Assembly (NCBI GenBank): GCA_965247095.1
Contig: OZ251997.1
Coordinates: forward strand, 2,784,001 to 2,848,000
Direction of reading: 5' to 3'
DNA from: Candidatus Multivorans sp.
GTDB taxonomy: Bacteria; Acidobacteriota; Thermoanaerobaculia; Multivoradales; Multivoraceae
Length of the DNA stretch: 64,000 nt
Part shown: positions 19,743 through 29,452 of the stretch, one piece after another
How the letters are laid out: every line of letters begins with the position of its first letter
Numbering within the stretch: position 1 is the stretch's first letter
Made by a program: the position numbers and the translations under genes
Notes under the pieces: model-generated
What the model was told of the DNA's origin: nothing
Databases searched by the model: none
Seen by the model: only the letters and a program-made list of their open reading frames with translations

Positions 19743-20579
19743 ATGCCGGAACCGGGCCTTGCCGATCTCATCGGTCTGGAGACCGCGCCGAGGTCGGTTG
19801 ACTACGGCTGGAAGGACGTTGTTCTCTACGCCCTTGGCGTGGGAGTACCCGTCGAAGACCTTGGGCTTCTCTATGAGGGCGCCTCGGGCGGACTCCAAGT
19901 GTTGCCGAGCTACTGCGTGATTCCGGAGTACGAGGCGATGAAGGAATTGGAGGGGCGTTTCGATCAGTCGCGGATGCTGCACGGCGAGCAACTGATCCGG
20001 ATGTTCCGACCGATCCCGCCCGAAGGGCCGCTGGTCGTGACCGGAAAAGTCGTCAACATCTTCGACAAGGGCAAGGCGGCGGTCATCCACTCCAGCGCCG
20101 CCGGCTCGACAGCAAGCGGCGAGAAGGTCTTCGAGACGCTGAAAGTCGGCTTCTACCGGGGAGGCGGCGGATTCGGCGGCGACCCCGGGCCCAGGGCCGA
20201 GGTCCTGGATCCGCCTCTGGACGTGCGGCCCGATCTCGACATCACGTACAGGATTCCCAAGGGACAGGCTGCCCTGTACCGCCTCAACGGCGACTACAAC
20301 CCGCTGCACATCGACCCCGAGTTCGCCTTGAAGGCTGGTTTCGAAAGGCCGATCTTGCACGGCCTTTGTACGTACGGTTTCGCTGTGCGAGCAATCGTCG
20401 AGGGCCTCTGCGACGGCGAGGTGGGTCGCTTCCGCGAGTTCAAGGCCCGCTTCTCGGATGTCGTGTTTCCGGGCGAGGAACTCACCACGCGGGGTTGGAA
20501 GGAGAACGGCCGTACCCTGATCCAGGTTTCGACTCCCCGGGGAGTCGTCATCAGCAACGCCTACGCCGTCACCGACTGA
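19743..20579 (+). CDS. Double hot-dog (R)-enoyl-CoA hydratase, MFE-2 hydratase-2-like
   Basis: LYALGVG, LHGEQ, YRLNGDYNPLHIDP, PILHGLCTYG; GGAGGAG RBS before ATG 19743. Confidence 0.92.
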   Translation: MPEPGLADLIGLETAPRSVDYGWKDVVLYALGVGVPVEDLGLLYEGASGGLQVLPSYCVIPEYEAMKELEGRFDQSRMLHGEQLIRMFRPIPPEGPLVVTGKVVNIFDKGKAAVIHSSAAGSTASGEKVFETLKVGFYRGGGGFGGDPGPRAEVLDPPLDVRPDLDITYRIPKGQAALYRLNGDYNPLHIDPEFALKAGFERPILHGLCTYGFAVRAIVEGLCDGEVGRFREFKARFSDVVFPGEELTTRGWKENGRTLIQVSTPRGVVISNAYAVTD

Positions 20580-21430
20580 TGGCGGCGAGGCCTCCCAAGG
20601 CCGATCTCGCGGACATCGGGCGCCAGGCCGGCCCCCAGGTGTTCGCCTATGACCGGCGGGATGTCGGCCTCTACGCTCTGAGCGTCGGCGCGGGCGCCGA
20701 GGATCTCCGCCTCTTCGTTGAGGATCGGAATCGAGGGATGCGCGTTCTGCCGACGTTCTGCTTGGTCGCCATGCACTCTCTGAGCCCGCACTTTGTGGAC
20801 CTGGTGCGGAACTACCATCGGGTGGAGGCCGGCGAGAGCCTGCGCATGCACCGTCCGCTGCCGGTGTCCGGCCGGTTGCACGTGTCGGCGGAGGTGACCG
20901 ATATCTGGGACAAGGGTTCGCTGGCGATCATGCAGACCCGGGTCGAGGGCCGTGCCGACGACGGGCACTTGGTCTTCGAGCTGATTGCCAGCTCCGCGCT
21001 GCTGGGATCGGGCGGATTCGGGGGCGATCCGGGGCCTGCGTCGGTGCCGAAGCGTCGTCCGCCGGATCGTCCGCCGGATCTCCGCTGGTCGACGCCGATT
21101 CCCGAAACCCAGGCGATTCTCTACCAACTCAACGGTGTCGCCGATCCGATCCACGTCGATGAGGAGTTCGCGCGCAGTCGCGGTTTCGAGAGGCCCGTCC
21201 TGCAGGGGCCCGCGACCCTCGGCTACGCGGCTGTTGCCCTCGTTCGCGAGTTCTGCGACGGCAACCCGGAGCGGTTGACGGAGATCGAGGCCCGGTTCTC
21301 CGCGCCGGTTGTGCCGGGCGACACGCTGACCGTCGAGGCATGGCGTGTCGACAACGGGGAGGTGCTGTTCTCTGCCTCCACCGGGGAGGCGACGGTTCTT
21401 ACTCAGGGCCGGGCGTTGATCGATGGTTGA
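20579..21430 (+). CDS. Double hot-dog MaoC hydratase-like paralog (divergent motif)
   Basis: ATG overlaps the upstream TGA; LYALSVG, YQLNGVADPIHVD, PVLQGPATLG. Confidence 0.85.
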   Translation: MAARPPKADLADIGRQAGPQVFAYDRRDVGLYALSVGAGAEDLRLFVEDRNRGMRVLPTFCLVAMHSLSPHFVDLVRNYHRVEAGESLRMHRPLPVSGRLHVSAEVTDIWDKGSLAIMQTRVEGRADDGHLVFELIASSALLGSGGFGGDPGPASVPKRRPPDRPPDLRWSTPIPETQAILYQLNGVADPIHVDEEFARSRGFERPVLQGPATLGYAAVALVREFCDGNPERLTEIEARFSAPVVPGDTLTVEAWRVDNGEVLFSASTGEATVLTQGRALIDG

Positions 21431-23171
21431 CGATCCCGTGCGCCTGGAGGCCGAACTCGCGCGCGACGGCGTGCTCGTCCTCGACAAGCTCGACGAATGG
21501 GCGGTCAGCCGGGGCGATCGCACCTTCATCCACTACGGCGAAGAGGATCGCTCGATCTCGTTCGCGGAGATGGACCGTCTGTGTTCAGGCATCGCCGGCG
21601 GGCTGCGTCAGCTCGGTGTCGGCGCCGGGCACCGGGTTGCTCTCTTCCTCACCAACCCCCTGGTCAGCGCGCTGTCGATGTTCTCCCTGTGGCGTATCGG
21701 CGCCGTCTACTGTCCGATCAACTACAGCCTGACCGGCCGCCTTCTCGGGCATCAATTGCGCGACCTGAAACCCCGCCTCGTGATCTGCGAGGAGAGCCTG
21801 CTGCCCCGGTTGGCGACCGTCGCCGACGTTCTGGCTGGGCCGGATCTCGTGGTGCATCGACCAGCTCGGGACGACCACGACTTCGATCAGGCCGTATCCG
21901 GTACTACGGCCGAAGGCTGCCGAACCGTCTGCGGCTTCGCCGAACTGCTGGCGGCACGCGGCGAGGGATCACGCGCGCCGCAGAAGCCGACCGACCTAGC
22001 GAACATTCTCTACACATCGGGCACTACAGGACCGAGCAAGGGAGTGCTGCATTCCCATCGCTGGATGAACCAGTTCAGCTACAGCCCCCGCGGCCTGATC
22101 GACTGCGACGACGTGGTCTACAACGATCTGCCGCTCTACCACGCCGCGGGCGCGATCAGCAATGTCGTGCGCGCCGCCTGGGTGGGGTGCGAGGTGGCGA
22201 CCTGGGACCGCTTCAGCGCCCGCGACTACTGGCGGCGGATCGCCCGCCGGGGCGCCACGACGGCGATTCTGATCGACGTCATGATCTCCAGGCTTGTAGC
22301 GGCTCCCGAGAGGGCGGACGACGCGCGAAACACGCTCCACTGCGTCAACCTGACGCCGCTGCCGGAGAAACACCACGAACTGGCTCGCCGCTTCGGGTTG
22401 GACATCTGCGCCACCGCCTACGGTCAGACGGAGACGGGACTCGGCGCCCTCGCCCTGATCGATCAGTTCCCGGACGGTGGCGGAACGCCCCCGGATCTCT
22501 ATCGCGGCTGCCCCAAGGAGGAGATGATCGAGTTCGCGCGCCGCTCGGGATACCCGATCTTCCGGGGCGACCGGGAGATCCGCAAGGGCCTGATGGGCGC
22601 GCCTTCCATCTTCGTTGAGGCCGCGATCCTCGGCCCCAATGACGACGTGCTGCCGCCAGAGAGCTATGGCCAGCTCGCGTTCCGACCGCGGCTGCCCGAC
22701 CTCTTTACTTCGGGCTATTGGGGCCGGCCCGAAGCCACCTCCGAGCTTCTCGCCAACGGCTGGCTCCACACCGGTGACGCCGCGGTCATGGACGGCGACG
22801 GGTTGCTCTACTTCGCCGACCGCATGGGGAGTTTCATTCGCTGCAAGGGCGAGAACATCTCATCGTACGAGATCGAGGAACTGGTTGCCGAGCATCCCGA
22901 CATAAGCCTCTGCGCTGCGGTCGGGGTGCCGGCCCGCGAGGGTGATGAGGAGGAGGTCGCCATCTTCGTGGTGACCCGACCGGACGCCGAGGTCAGCGCG
23001 GAGGAGCTCGGAGATTGGCTGCACGGGCGCATGCCGCGCCACATGCGCCCCGGTCATGTCCGTTTGCTAGACGACCTGCCAAGAACGCCCACCAACAAGG
23101 TCGAGAAGTACCGCCTGCGCGACTCGCTGCTCGTCGAGCTCGGGGTGGCGCCCGCCGGAGCGGGGCGATGA
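21423..23171 (+). CDS. CaiC-like (crotonobetaine/carnitine-type) acyl-CoA ligase
   Basis: YTSGTTGPSKG, YGQTE, WLHTGD, GENISSYEIE, PRTPTNKVEK. Confidence 0.9.
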   Translation: MVDDPVRLEAELARDGVLVLDKLDEWAVSRGDRTFIHYGEEDRSISFAEMDRLCSGIAGGLRQLGVGAGHRVALFLTNPLVSALSMFSLWRIGAVYCPINYSLTGRLLGHQLRDLKPRLVICEESLLPRLATVADVLAGPDLVVHRPARDDHDFDQAVSGTTAEGCRTVCGFAELLAARGEGSRAPQKPTDLANILYTSGTTGPSKGVLHSHRWMNQFSYSPRGLIDCDDVVYNDLPLYHAAGAISNVVRAAWVGCEVATWDRFSARDYWRRIARRGATTAILIDVMISRLVAAPERADDARNTLHCVNLTPLPEKHHELARRFGLDICATAYGQTETGLGALALIDQFPDGGGTPPDLYRGCPKEEMIEFARRSGYPIFRGDREIRKGLMGAPSIFVEAAILGPNDDVLPPESYGQLAFRPRLPDLFTSGYWGRPEATSELLANGWLHTGDAAVMDGDGLLYFADRMGSFIRCKGENISSYEIEELVAEHPDISLCAAVGVPAREGDEEEVAIFVVTRPDAEVSAEELGDWLHGRMPRHMRPGHVRLLDDLPRTPTNKVEKYRLRDSLLVELGVAPAGAGR

Positions 23172-24643
23172 AGGGCGCCAGGCCAGGGATCGGCCTGCTG
23201 TCTCTCGCGGTCCTGCTAGCGGCCTGCGAGAGCGGGGATGGAGCGCCGTCGCCGGCTGATCCCCAGCCGCCGCCCAACGTCGTGCTCATCCTCGCTGACG
23301 ATCTCGGCTATGGCGATGTCTGTGCCTACGGTTGCGAGGGCGGACGCACGCCCCATCTGGACGCGTTGTCGGCCGCGGGCATTCGTTTCACCGACGGCTA
23401 CGTCAGCGCACCACTGTGCAGCCCGACCCGAGCCGGTCTGCTCACCGGCCGCTATCAACAGCGTTTCGGCCACGAGTTCGGCGCCGGCGCCATGCAACGC
23501 GTCGAGGAGGCGGGACTCGGCACGCCGACTTCCGAGGTCATGCTGCCGGAGCTGTTCAAGAGCGCCGGCTACGCCACCGGCATGGTGGGGAAGTGGCACC
23601 TCGGCTCGCAGCCGCGGTTTCAGCCGCGGCAACGCGGCTTCGACGAGTTCTTCGGATTCCTGCACGGTGGCAACCTCTACATGGACCCCGCGGATCAACC
23701 GGGAGTCCGCACCGTCGCCTCAGGGTCGATTGCCGGTGGCCGCCGACCCCACGAGTTCCGGCATCGACCCGAGATCAACCCCATTCAACGCGGCAGCGAG
23801 GCGGTCCAGGAGACCGACTACCTGACCGACGCCTTCACCCGTGAGGCGGTTGACTTCATCGACCGCCGCCAGGGTGAGCCCTTCTTTCTGTACGTCGCGT
23901 ACAACGCGCCGCACACGCCTCTGCAGGTGACGGAGGAGTACTACGACCGCTTCCCCGACATCGGCGACGAGCGCAAGCGAGTCTTCGCGGCCATGGTCAG
24001 CGCCCTCGATGACGGCGTCGGCGCGATCATGGCCAAGCTGCGCTCGACAGGGGTGGAGGAGCGCACCCTGGTGCTCTTCCTGTCGGACAACGGGTGCGCC
24101 ACCTATGTGCAGGCCTGCTCCAACGATCCCCTTCTGGGCGGCAAGCTGCTGCACTTCGAGGGCGGCGTGCGAGTGCCGTTCCTGGCGTCGTGGCGCGGCC
24201 GGATCGAGGCCGGACGAGTCGAGTCGACGCCGGTGAGCTCTCTCGACATCCTGCCCACGGTGCTGGGCCTTGCGGGTGTCTCGCTGCCGACCGGCGTGAC
24301 GCTCGATGGCGTCGACCTGACAGCCCTGCTGAGAGACGCCGAGCCGCCTCCGGCAAGGCCGCTCTTCTGGCGCAATGCCGAGAACTTCGCGGTGCGCAGT
24401 GGTTCTTGGAAACTGGTGAGCGTCAACGAGCGCCACCTCTACCTCTTCGATCTCGGGGCATCACCGGGCGAGGTCGAGGACCTTGCACACCGCGAACCAG
24501 CGCGCGTCGAAGCCCTCCTGGAACTCTACCGAGGCTGGGAGGCGGAAATGAAGGAACCCTTGTGGACTCCGGTCAACAGGGGGCCGATCGACATCCTGCT
24601 CCCCTGGCTGGGGGTGAAGGAAACCTTCGATGCGACCGTCTGA
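23168..24643 (+). CDS. Sulfatase (arylsulfatase-type) lipoprotein
   Basis: ATG 23168 overlaps the ligase stop; LAAC lipobox; PNVVLILADDLGYGD; CSPTRAGLLTG; GKWHLG; SDNG. Confidence 0.93.
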   Translation: MKGARPGIGLLSLAVLLAACESGDGAPSPADPQPPPNVVLILADDLGYGDVCAYGCEGGRTPHLDALSAAGIRFTDGYVSAPLCSPTRAGLLTGRYQQRFGHEFGAGAMQRVEEAGLGTPTSEVMLPELFKSAGYATGMVGKWHLGSQPRFQPRQRGFDEFFGFLHGGNLYMDPADQPGVRTVASGSIAGGRRPHEFRHRPEINPIQRGSEAVQETDYLTDAFTREAVDFIDRRQGEPFFLYVAYNAPHTPLQVTEEYYDRFPDIGDERKRVFAAMVSALDDGVGAIMAKLRSTGVEERTLVLFLSDNGCATYVQACSNDPLLGGKLLHFEGGVRVPFLASWRGRIEAGRVESTPVSSLDILPTVLGLAGVSLPTGVTLDGVDLTALLRDAEPPPARPLFWRNAENFAVRSGSWKLVSVNERHLYLFDLGASPGEVEDLAHREPARVEALLELYRGWEAEMKEPLWTPVNRGPIDILLPWLGVKETFDATV

Positions 24644-24649
24644 ACGCGA

Positions 24650-25612
24650 GTGAGCGTGGCAGTCCTCCGCGAGATCACCACCGGGTTGGACTTTCCCGAG
24701 GGGCCGATGGCGATGGACGACGGCAGCGTCATCGTGGTCGAGATCGCCGGCGGCAACCTCACCCGCGTCCGAGCGGACGGCCGCCACCAGGTCCTGGCGC
24801 GTTGCGGCGGCGGGCCGAACGGCGCCGCCTTCGGGCCCGACGGCAGGGTCTACGTCTGCAACAACGGCGGCTTCGACTACCAGCGCCTGAACGTCGGGCC
24901 GCTGCCGGTGGCCGGTTTTCCCGGCGGCCCGTTGCAGGTCCCCGGGCGCCAGCATCCGGACTACATCGGCGGTCGCATCCAGCGCGTCGATATCCACACC
25001 GGCAAGGTCGAGGATCTCTACACCGAGTGCGACGGCAGGCCGCTGCGGGCGCCGAACGACATCGTCTTCGACGACTGCGGTGGATTCTGGTTCAGCGACC
25101 ACGGCCAGACCCGGGAGCGCGACCGGGATCGCACCGGCGTCTTCTATGCCAGGGCGGATGGCGCCTTCATCGAGGAGGTGTTGTTTCCGCTCGACGGGCC
25201 CAACGGCATCGGGCTGTCTCCCGACGGCGCGACGCTGTACGTGGCCGAGACCTATCCGACGCGTCTGTGGAGTTGGCCCATTCCGTCGCCGGGCGCCGTC
25301 ATCCAGGACACGACCATCCTGCCCCTCAGCGGCCGCCTGGTCGTCGATCCGCCCGGCCTCCATCTCTGGGACTCTCTGGCAGTCGAGGCGGGCGGCAACA
25401 TCTGCATCGGCACCCTGATCACCGGCGGCATCACCGTGGTCTCGCCCGAGGGCGAGATCGTCGAGATCGTGCCCGCTACGGACCCTCTGACGACGAACAT
25501 CTGCTTCGGCGGCGCCGATCTGCGCACCGCCTACATCACGCTGTCGGGAACCGGTTCGCTGGTCGCCTGCGACTGGCCGCGGCCGGGGTTACGGCTGAAC
25601 CATCAACAGTGA
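24650..25612 (+). CDS. SMP-30/gluconolactonase-family beta-propeller
   Basis: GLDFPEGP, PNDIVFD, PNGIGLSPDG, TNICFGGADL. Confidence 0.9.
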   Translation: MSVAVLREITTGLDFPEGPMAMDDGSVIVVEIAGGNLTRVRADGRHQVLARCGGGPNGAAFGPDGRVYVCNNGGFDYQRLNVGPLPVAGFPGGPLQVPGRQHPDYIGGRIQRVDIHTGKVEDLYTECDGRPLRAPNDIVFDDCGGFWFSDHGQTRERDRDRTGVFYARADGAFIEEVLFPLDGPNGIGLSPDGATLYVAETYPTRLWSWPIPSPGAVIQDTTILPLSGRLVVDPPGLHLWDSLAVEAGGNICIGTLITGGITVVSPEGEIVEIVPATDPLTTNICFGGADLRTAYITLSGTGSLVACDWPRPGLRLNHQQ

Positions 25613-25620
25613 ACGCGCTG

Positions 25621-25669
25621 CCGGCGCTAGGAGTATCCACAGCGGTGGTCCGCTGCGCATCCGCGCCGG
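25621..25669. terminator. GC-rich hairpin between convergent genes (possible terminator)
   Basis: Outer CCGGCGC/GCGCCGG and inner CAGCGG-TGGT-CCGCTG stems; no U-tract. Confidence 0.3.
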
Positions 25670-25680
25670 TCTGGCCGGCC

Positions 25681-26490
25681 CTAGCGCCCCGTGAACACCG
25701 GCTCGCGCCTCTCGGCGAAGGAGCGCACGCCCTCCTCGCCGTCCTCGCTGGCCTCGCAGACGCTCTGGGCGAAGGCTTCGTAGGCGGTGAGGCTCTCCAT
25801 GCTGTCGCCTTCGAACGTGCGATAGGCAATCTTCTTCATGAACTCGATCGCGAGGGAAGGACCGGCGGCGATGTTGGCGGCGATCTTCCGGCAGGTCGGC
25901 ATCAGCTCGTCGTGGGGAACAACCCGGTTCGCCAGACCGAGTTCGACCGCCTGCCGCGCATCGATGATCTCGCCCGAGTACATGAACTCGAGCGCCGGCC
26001 CTAACCCCATGATCTTGACCAGCATGTAGACGCCGCCGTTGTCGGGGACCCGGCCGCGCTTGACGAAGAGGGCGCCGAACTTCGCGCGTTCCGAGGCGAT
26101 CCGAAAATCCGCCATGAGCCCTGCCGAGAAGGCGCCGCCCAGCATGTGCCCGTTGACCGCGGCGATGATCGGCTTGCGACAGCGCCAGAGGGCGAACTGC
26201 AGACGCCCGCCGAGAGACAGCGGCAGCAGTCGCGTGCCGCGGGGGAACTCGGGGCCGTAGGGCGCCACGCCCGCGAGCTTGGGGTCGGAGAAGTCGCGCC
26301 CCGACGACCAGCCCCTGCCGGCGCCGGTCCAGATGGCGCACTTGATGTCGTCGTCGCGCTCGATTTCCTCGAAGGCGGCGATCAGGGAGTCCATCATGTC
26401 CATCGACTGGGCGTTGAGCTTCTCCGGCCGATTCATGGTCAGAGTGACCACTCCACCGTCGCGCTCCCAAGTCACATCCTTGAGATCCAT
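25681..26490 (-). CDS. Enoyl-CoA hydratase/isomerase (crotonase)
   Basis: MNRPEKLNA, KPIIAAVNG, EGVRSFAERREPVFTGR. Confidence 0.93.
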   Translation of the reverse strand: MDLKDVTWERDGGVVTLTMNRPEKLNAQSMDMMDSLIAAFEEIERDDDIKCAIWTGAGRGWSSGRDFSDPKLAGVAPYGPEFPRGTRLLPLSLGGRLQFALWRCRKPIIAAVNGHMLGGAFSAGLMADFRIASERAKFGALFVKRGRVPDNGGVYMLVKIMGLGPALEFMYSGEIIDARQAVELGLANRVVPHDELMPTCRKIAANIAAGPSLAIEFMKKIAYRTFEGDSMESLTAYEAFAQSVCEASEDGEEGVRSFAERREPVFTGR

Positions 26491-26537
26491 GGACGCTCCT
26501 TTCCCGCCGCTCCGCGGCGTGTCTATCCGCCGGCCGT

Positions 26538-29324
26538 CTACTCGAACTGAACCCAGATCGGCGAACTCCAGGCCATCTGGCCGTCTTCCTGAATCAAGCG
26601 AACATAGTAGTAGTTCAGTCCCGGCGCCGGCGACAGATCCGCATAGCGCAGATCGATCTCGGCGCCGGTGGGAGCACTCTGGTAGATCGAGGTTCCGTTG
26701 CGCAGGATCTCGACGGTCGAGAAGGGTCTGGTGCCTACCGCGACGATCCTCATCTCCGGCAGTTCGTCCGTGCCGCTCAACTCAGCGCCCATGAAGTGCT
26801 CACCCATCCAGAACTCGAGCACGATGTTGTCGGTGGCGCCGTACGTCCGTCGCTGGCGCATCGCCTCGAGGACGGCATGGCGCGAGCGCTCCGGCACGAA
26901 GACCATGGCGTAGGAGATATGGGTCGACAGGTGGTCCGAACTGGCGATGACGCCGAGGCGGTAGCCCTTCTCCCAGGCATTCGAGACGAAGCCCTCGTCG
27001 TGCGGCCGCGTGAGCTCCGACTGCGCCTGCGACGCGCGGTCGGTCAACGGCGCGCCCGGGGCCTCGTAGCTGTGACGATCGCCCTGGTAGATCTCGACCA
27101 GGGGTTCGATTTCGGGATCGTTGTCGCGCCAGTCGGTGCCCATCGTCGTAGCGCTGGTGTGGGGGATGGTGATGCCGCCGGTGCGCCGCACCTCTTCGTA
27201 GAGCATCTTCGTGTCGTCGTCCTGAACGATTCCGGCGCCGTTGTGGTAGCGGATGTTCGGATACTCGACGTAGCCCGTCTTCTGGAAGAAGGGCACCGGC
27301 ATGTGGCCGCGCTCGGCGTGGAGGATGTTGCGGTGCCCCATGGGGAAGTTGATCGAGCGCTCGTAGCCGAAGAGTGCTATGTAACTCTGCGGGGCGTGGA
27401 AGAGATCGGCCAGTTTCTCTTCCAGCCACCACCAGTACTCGAGTTCGCCGCCGTACTGGTGGTCGCTGATGAGCCCGAAGTCCATCGCCGCGGCGTCGAT
27501 CATGTAGCGGTAGAAGTCGAGCACGGAGCCATCCGGAACGCCGCGCAGATCGAGTGACATCTCGGTGTGGCGATGGGTGTCGCCGCGCAGGATCCGCAGG
27601 TCCTCGCCGTCGACTCGAGTCCTCCACCCGCGGATACGCTCGATGTCCTCGGCCTCTCGCTCGTGGCCGGCGGCGCGCTGCGGGAAGGGCGGTGGCCGCG
27701 GGGCCTCAGTCTTGAGCCCGGGCGCGGTCGCCGGCGCCCACCTCGCCGCGTAGACGTTCTCGACCACGGTCTCTTCGGGCAACGTGAGAATGGCCGAGAA
27801 GGTGGGGAAGTTGTCGCGCGGCCAGCCGAGCCACAGGCCGCCGCCCGCCGAGGGCGTCGCCGAGGCCGACATCGACAGGCGGCCGATGCTCCACGGCACG
27901 GCGGCGGGAGCGCTCCAACCGTTCGCGGCCATCGTGGTGACGTAGAGCCTCCAGTACTGGGCGTAGGCGCCGGAGCTCTCCATCGCCCGCACCAGAAGAC
28001 TGACCCGGCCCCGATCGTCGACGGCCAGCTCCGGGCCGCTGAGGGAAGGGTTCGGCGTCTTCGTGTAGTGCAGGCGCCGGCGAGCCGGGAAGAGCGTCCC
28101 GAGTTCGGGAGCGGCGGCGGTGAGCTCGTCGCCATCGAAAACGCGGACCGCCACCGTGCGCTCGCGGTTGAGCATCGAGCCCGGCTGACGCTCCTGGTCG
28201 ATCAGAAGTCCCTGGTCCTTGCCCCAGCCGGCCTCGCCGACCTCGTAGGCGATCCAGACCCGGTCGGCGCCATCGACGGCGACGCTGGGCCTGGCCTCGA
28301 AGAACGGCGTCGCCGCGATCGTCTGCACCGGTCCCAGGCGGTCGCGCTGGAGGCGGCGGAGGAAGACGTCGTAGTCGCCGCGGTCGTAGCTGTCCCAGGC
28401 GATCCAGGCGGCGCCCTCCGAGTCGAGAGCCAGGGCGGGCGTCCAGTCGTTGCGTGGGCTCTCGGATATCCGTCGCTCCGCTGACCACGAAGTACCGTCG
28501 TAGCTCATGTAGAGGATGTCGGCCTGTCCCTCACGGGTTCCCTGCCAGACCAGATGCAGCGAGCCATCCCGGCCGCGCGCCAGGCGGTGGTTGAAGTCGC
28601 TTCCAGGGGCCGAAGTCAGACGCTCCAGACGGCCCCAGTGCTCGCCGTCGAACCAGCGCCCGTAGAGGTCGAAGTTCGGCTCGTCTTCGAACAACCGCTC
28701 CGGCTGCGCCCACACGACCCACAGCCGTTTGTGACTGTCCAAGGCCAGGCTGGGACGCCAGACGTCGCCGGTGACGCCGGGAACCGGATTCCATGGTCCC
28801 CACACACCGGTGGCCGGGTCGCGGCGGGCGAGGTGAAGCCGGTCGCGCCGTCCAGAGTAGCTGGTCCACACCATCCAGACGTCGTCGCGGTCGTCCGGGT
28901 CGGAGAGGATGAAGGGGTAGTCGTCGTTGCGAAAGTCGCCGGACAGACGGATCGGATCGTGGAACCTGGCGTCGACCGGTGGCTCGGGGTCGGTCTGCCG
29001 GGGATGGAGCAGAGGCCCGACCCAGGAGGGCAGGGTCGGATCGACGTGGTTGAGTTCGTGCCATGCAGGTGCATCGCTGCGCACTCTGCCCGGCGCCATG
29101 GGGTGGGCTGCCGACCCCGGGTTCCGCCCCGGCGCGTCGAAGTGCCTGTCTTCCGGGCTCTGTTCCGAACGCAGAGGCGGAAACACCCGTGGCTCGGGCG
29201 CCGGAGCATGGTCGCTGGAAAGCAGGGGCCGCACCGTTTCCTGAACTTGCGCCGGGCTCCAGACCAGGACTGTCGCCAGCACGATCGCCGAGATGAACCC
29301 GGACCAGCGAAGGCGCTTCTTCAT
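26538..29324 (-). CDS. Exported beta-propeller + DUF3604/PHP-fold metallohydrolase (paralog B1)
   Basis: GGAGG RBS and signal peptide at ATG 29324; Trp-rich propeller repeats; RGDTHRHTE, SDHQ, GYE, GHRN, IPHT, SSDH; ends AWSSPIWV. Confidence 0.75.
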   Translation of the reverse strand: MKKRLRWSGFISAIVLATVLVWSPAQVQETVRPLLSSDHAPAPEPRVFPPLRSEQSPEDRHFDAPGRNPGSAAHPMAPGRVRSDAPAWHELNHVDPTLPSWVGPLLHPRQTDPEPPVDARFHDPIRLSGDFRNDDYPFILSDPDDRDDVWMVWTSYSGRRDRLHLARRDPATGVWGPWNPVPGVTGDVWRPSLALDSHKRLWVVWAQPERLFEDEPNFDLYGRWFDGEHWGRLERLTSAPGSDFNHRLARGRDGSLHLVWQGTREGQADILYMSYDGTSWSAERRISESPRNDWTPALALDSEGAAWIAWDSYDRGDYDVFLRRLQRDRLGPVQTIAATPFFEARPSVAVDGADRVWIAYEVGEAGWGKDQGLLIDQERQPGSMLNRERTVAVRVFDGDELTAAAPELGTLFPARRRLHYTKTPNPSLSGPELAVDDRGRVSLLVRAMESSGAYAQYWRLYVTTMAANGWSAPAAVPWSIGRLSMSASATPSAGGGLWLGWPRDNFPTFSAILTLPEETVVENVYAARWAPATAPGLKTEAPRPPPFPQRAAGHEREAEDIERIRGWRTRVDGEDLRILRGDTHRHTEMSLDLRGVPDGSVLDFYRYMIDAAAMDFGLISDHQYGGELEYWWWLEEKLADLFHAPQSYIALFGYERSINFPMGHRNILHAERGHMPVPFFQKTGYVEYPNIRYHNGAGIVQDDDTKMLYEEVRRTGGITIPHTSATTMGTDWRDNDPEIEPLVEIYQGDRHSYEAPGAPLTDRASQAQSELTRPHDEGFVSNAWEKGYRLGVIASSDHLSTHISYAMVFVPERSRHAVLEAMRQRRTYGATDNIVLEFWMGEHFMGAELSGTDELPEMRIVAVGTRPFSTVEILRNGTSIYQSAPTGAEIDLRYADLSPAPGLNYYYVRLIQEDGQMAWSSPIWVQFE

Positions 29325-29452
29325 GGATGGCCCTCCTCCTGCTGCTGCGCGCCGGCTTGCGTGCCGCCGCCGCCGACTCTCTATCTCTACCATGGCCCAG
29401 TGTAGGTGAGAATGGGCCGGGCGATCGTCGATCAGCACGGAGGTCCATCGAG

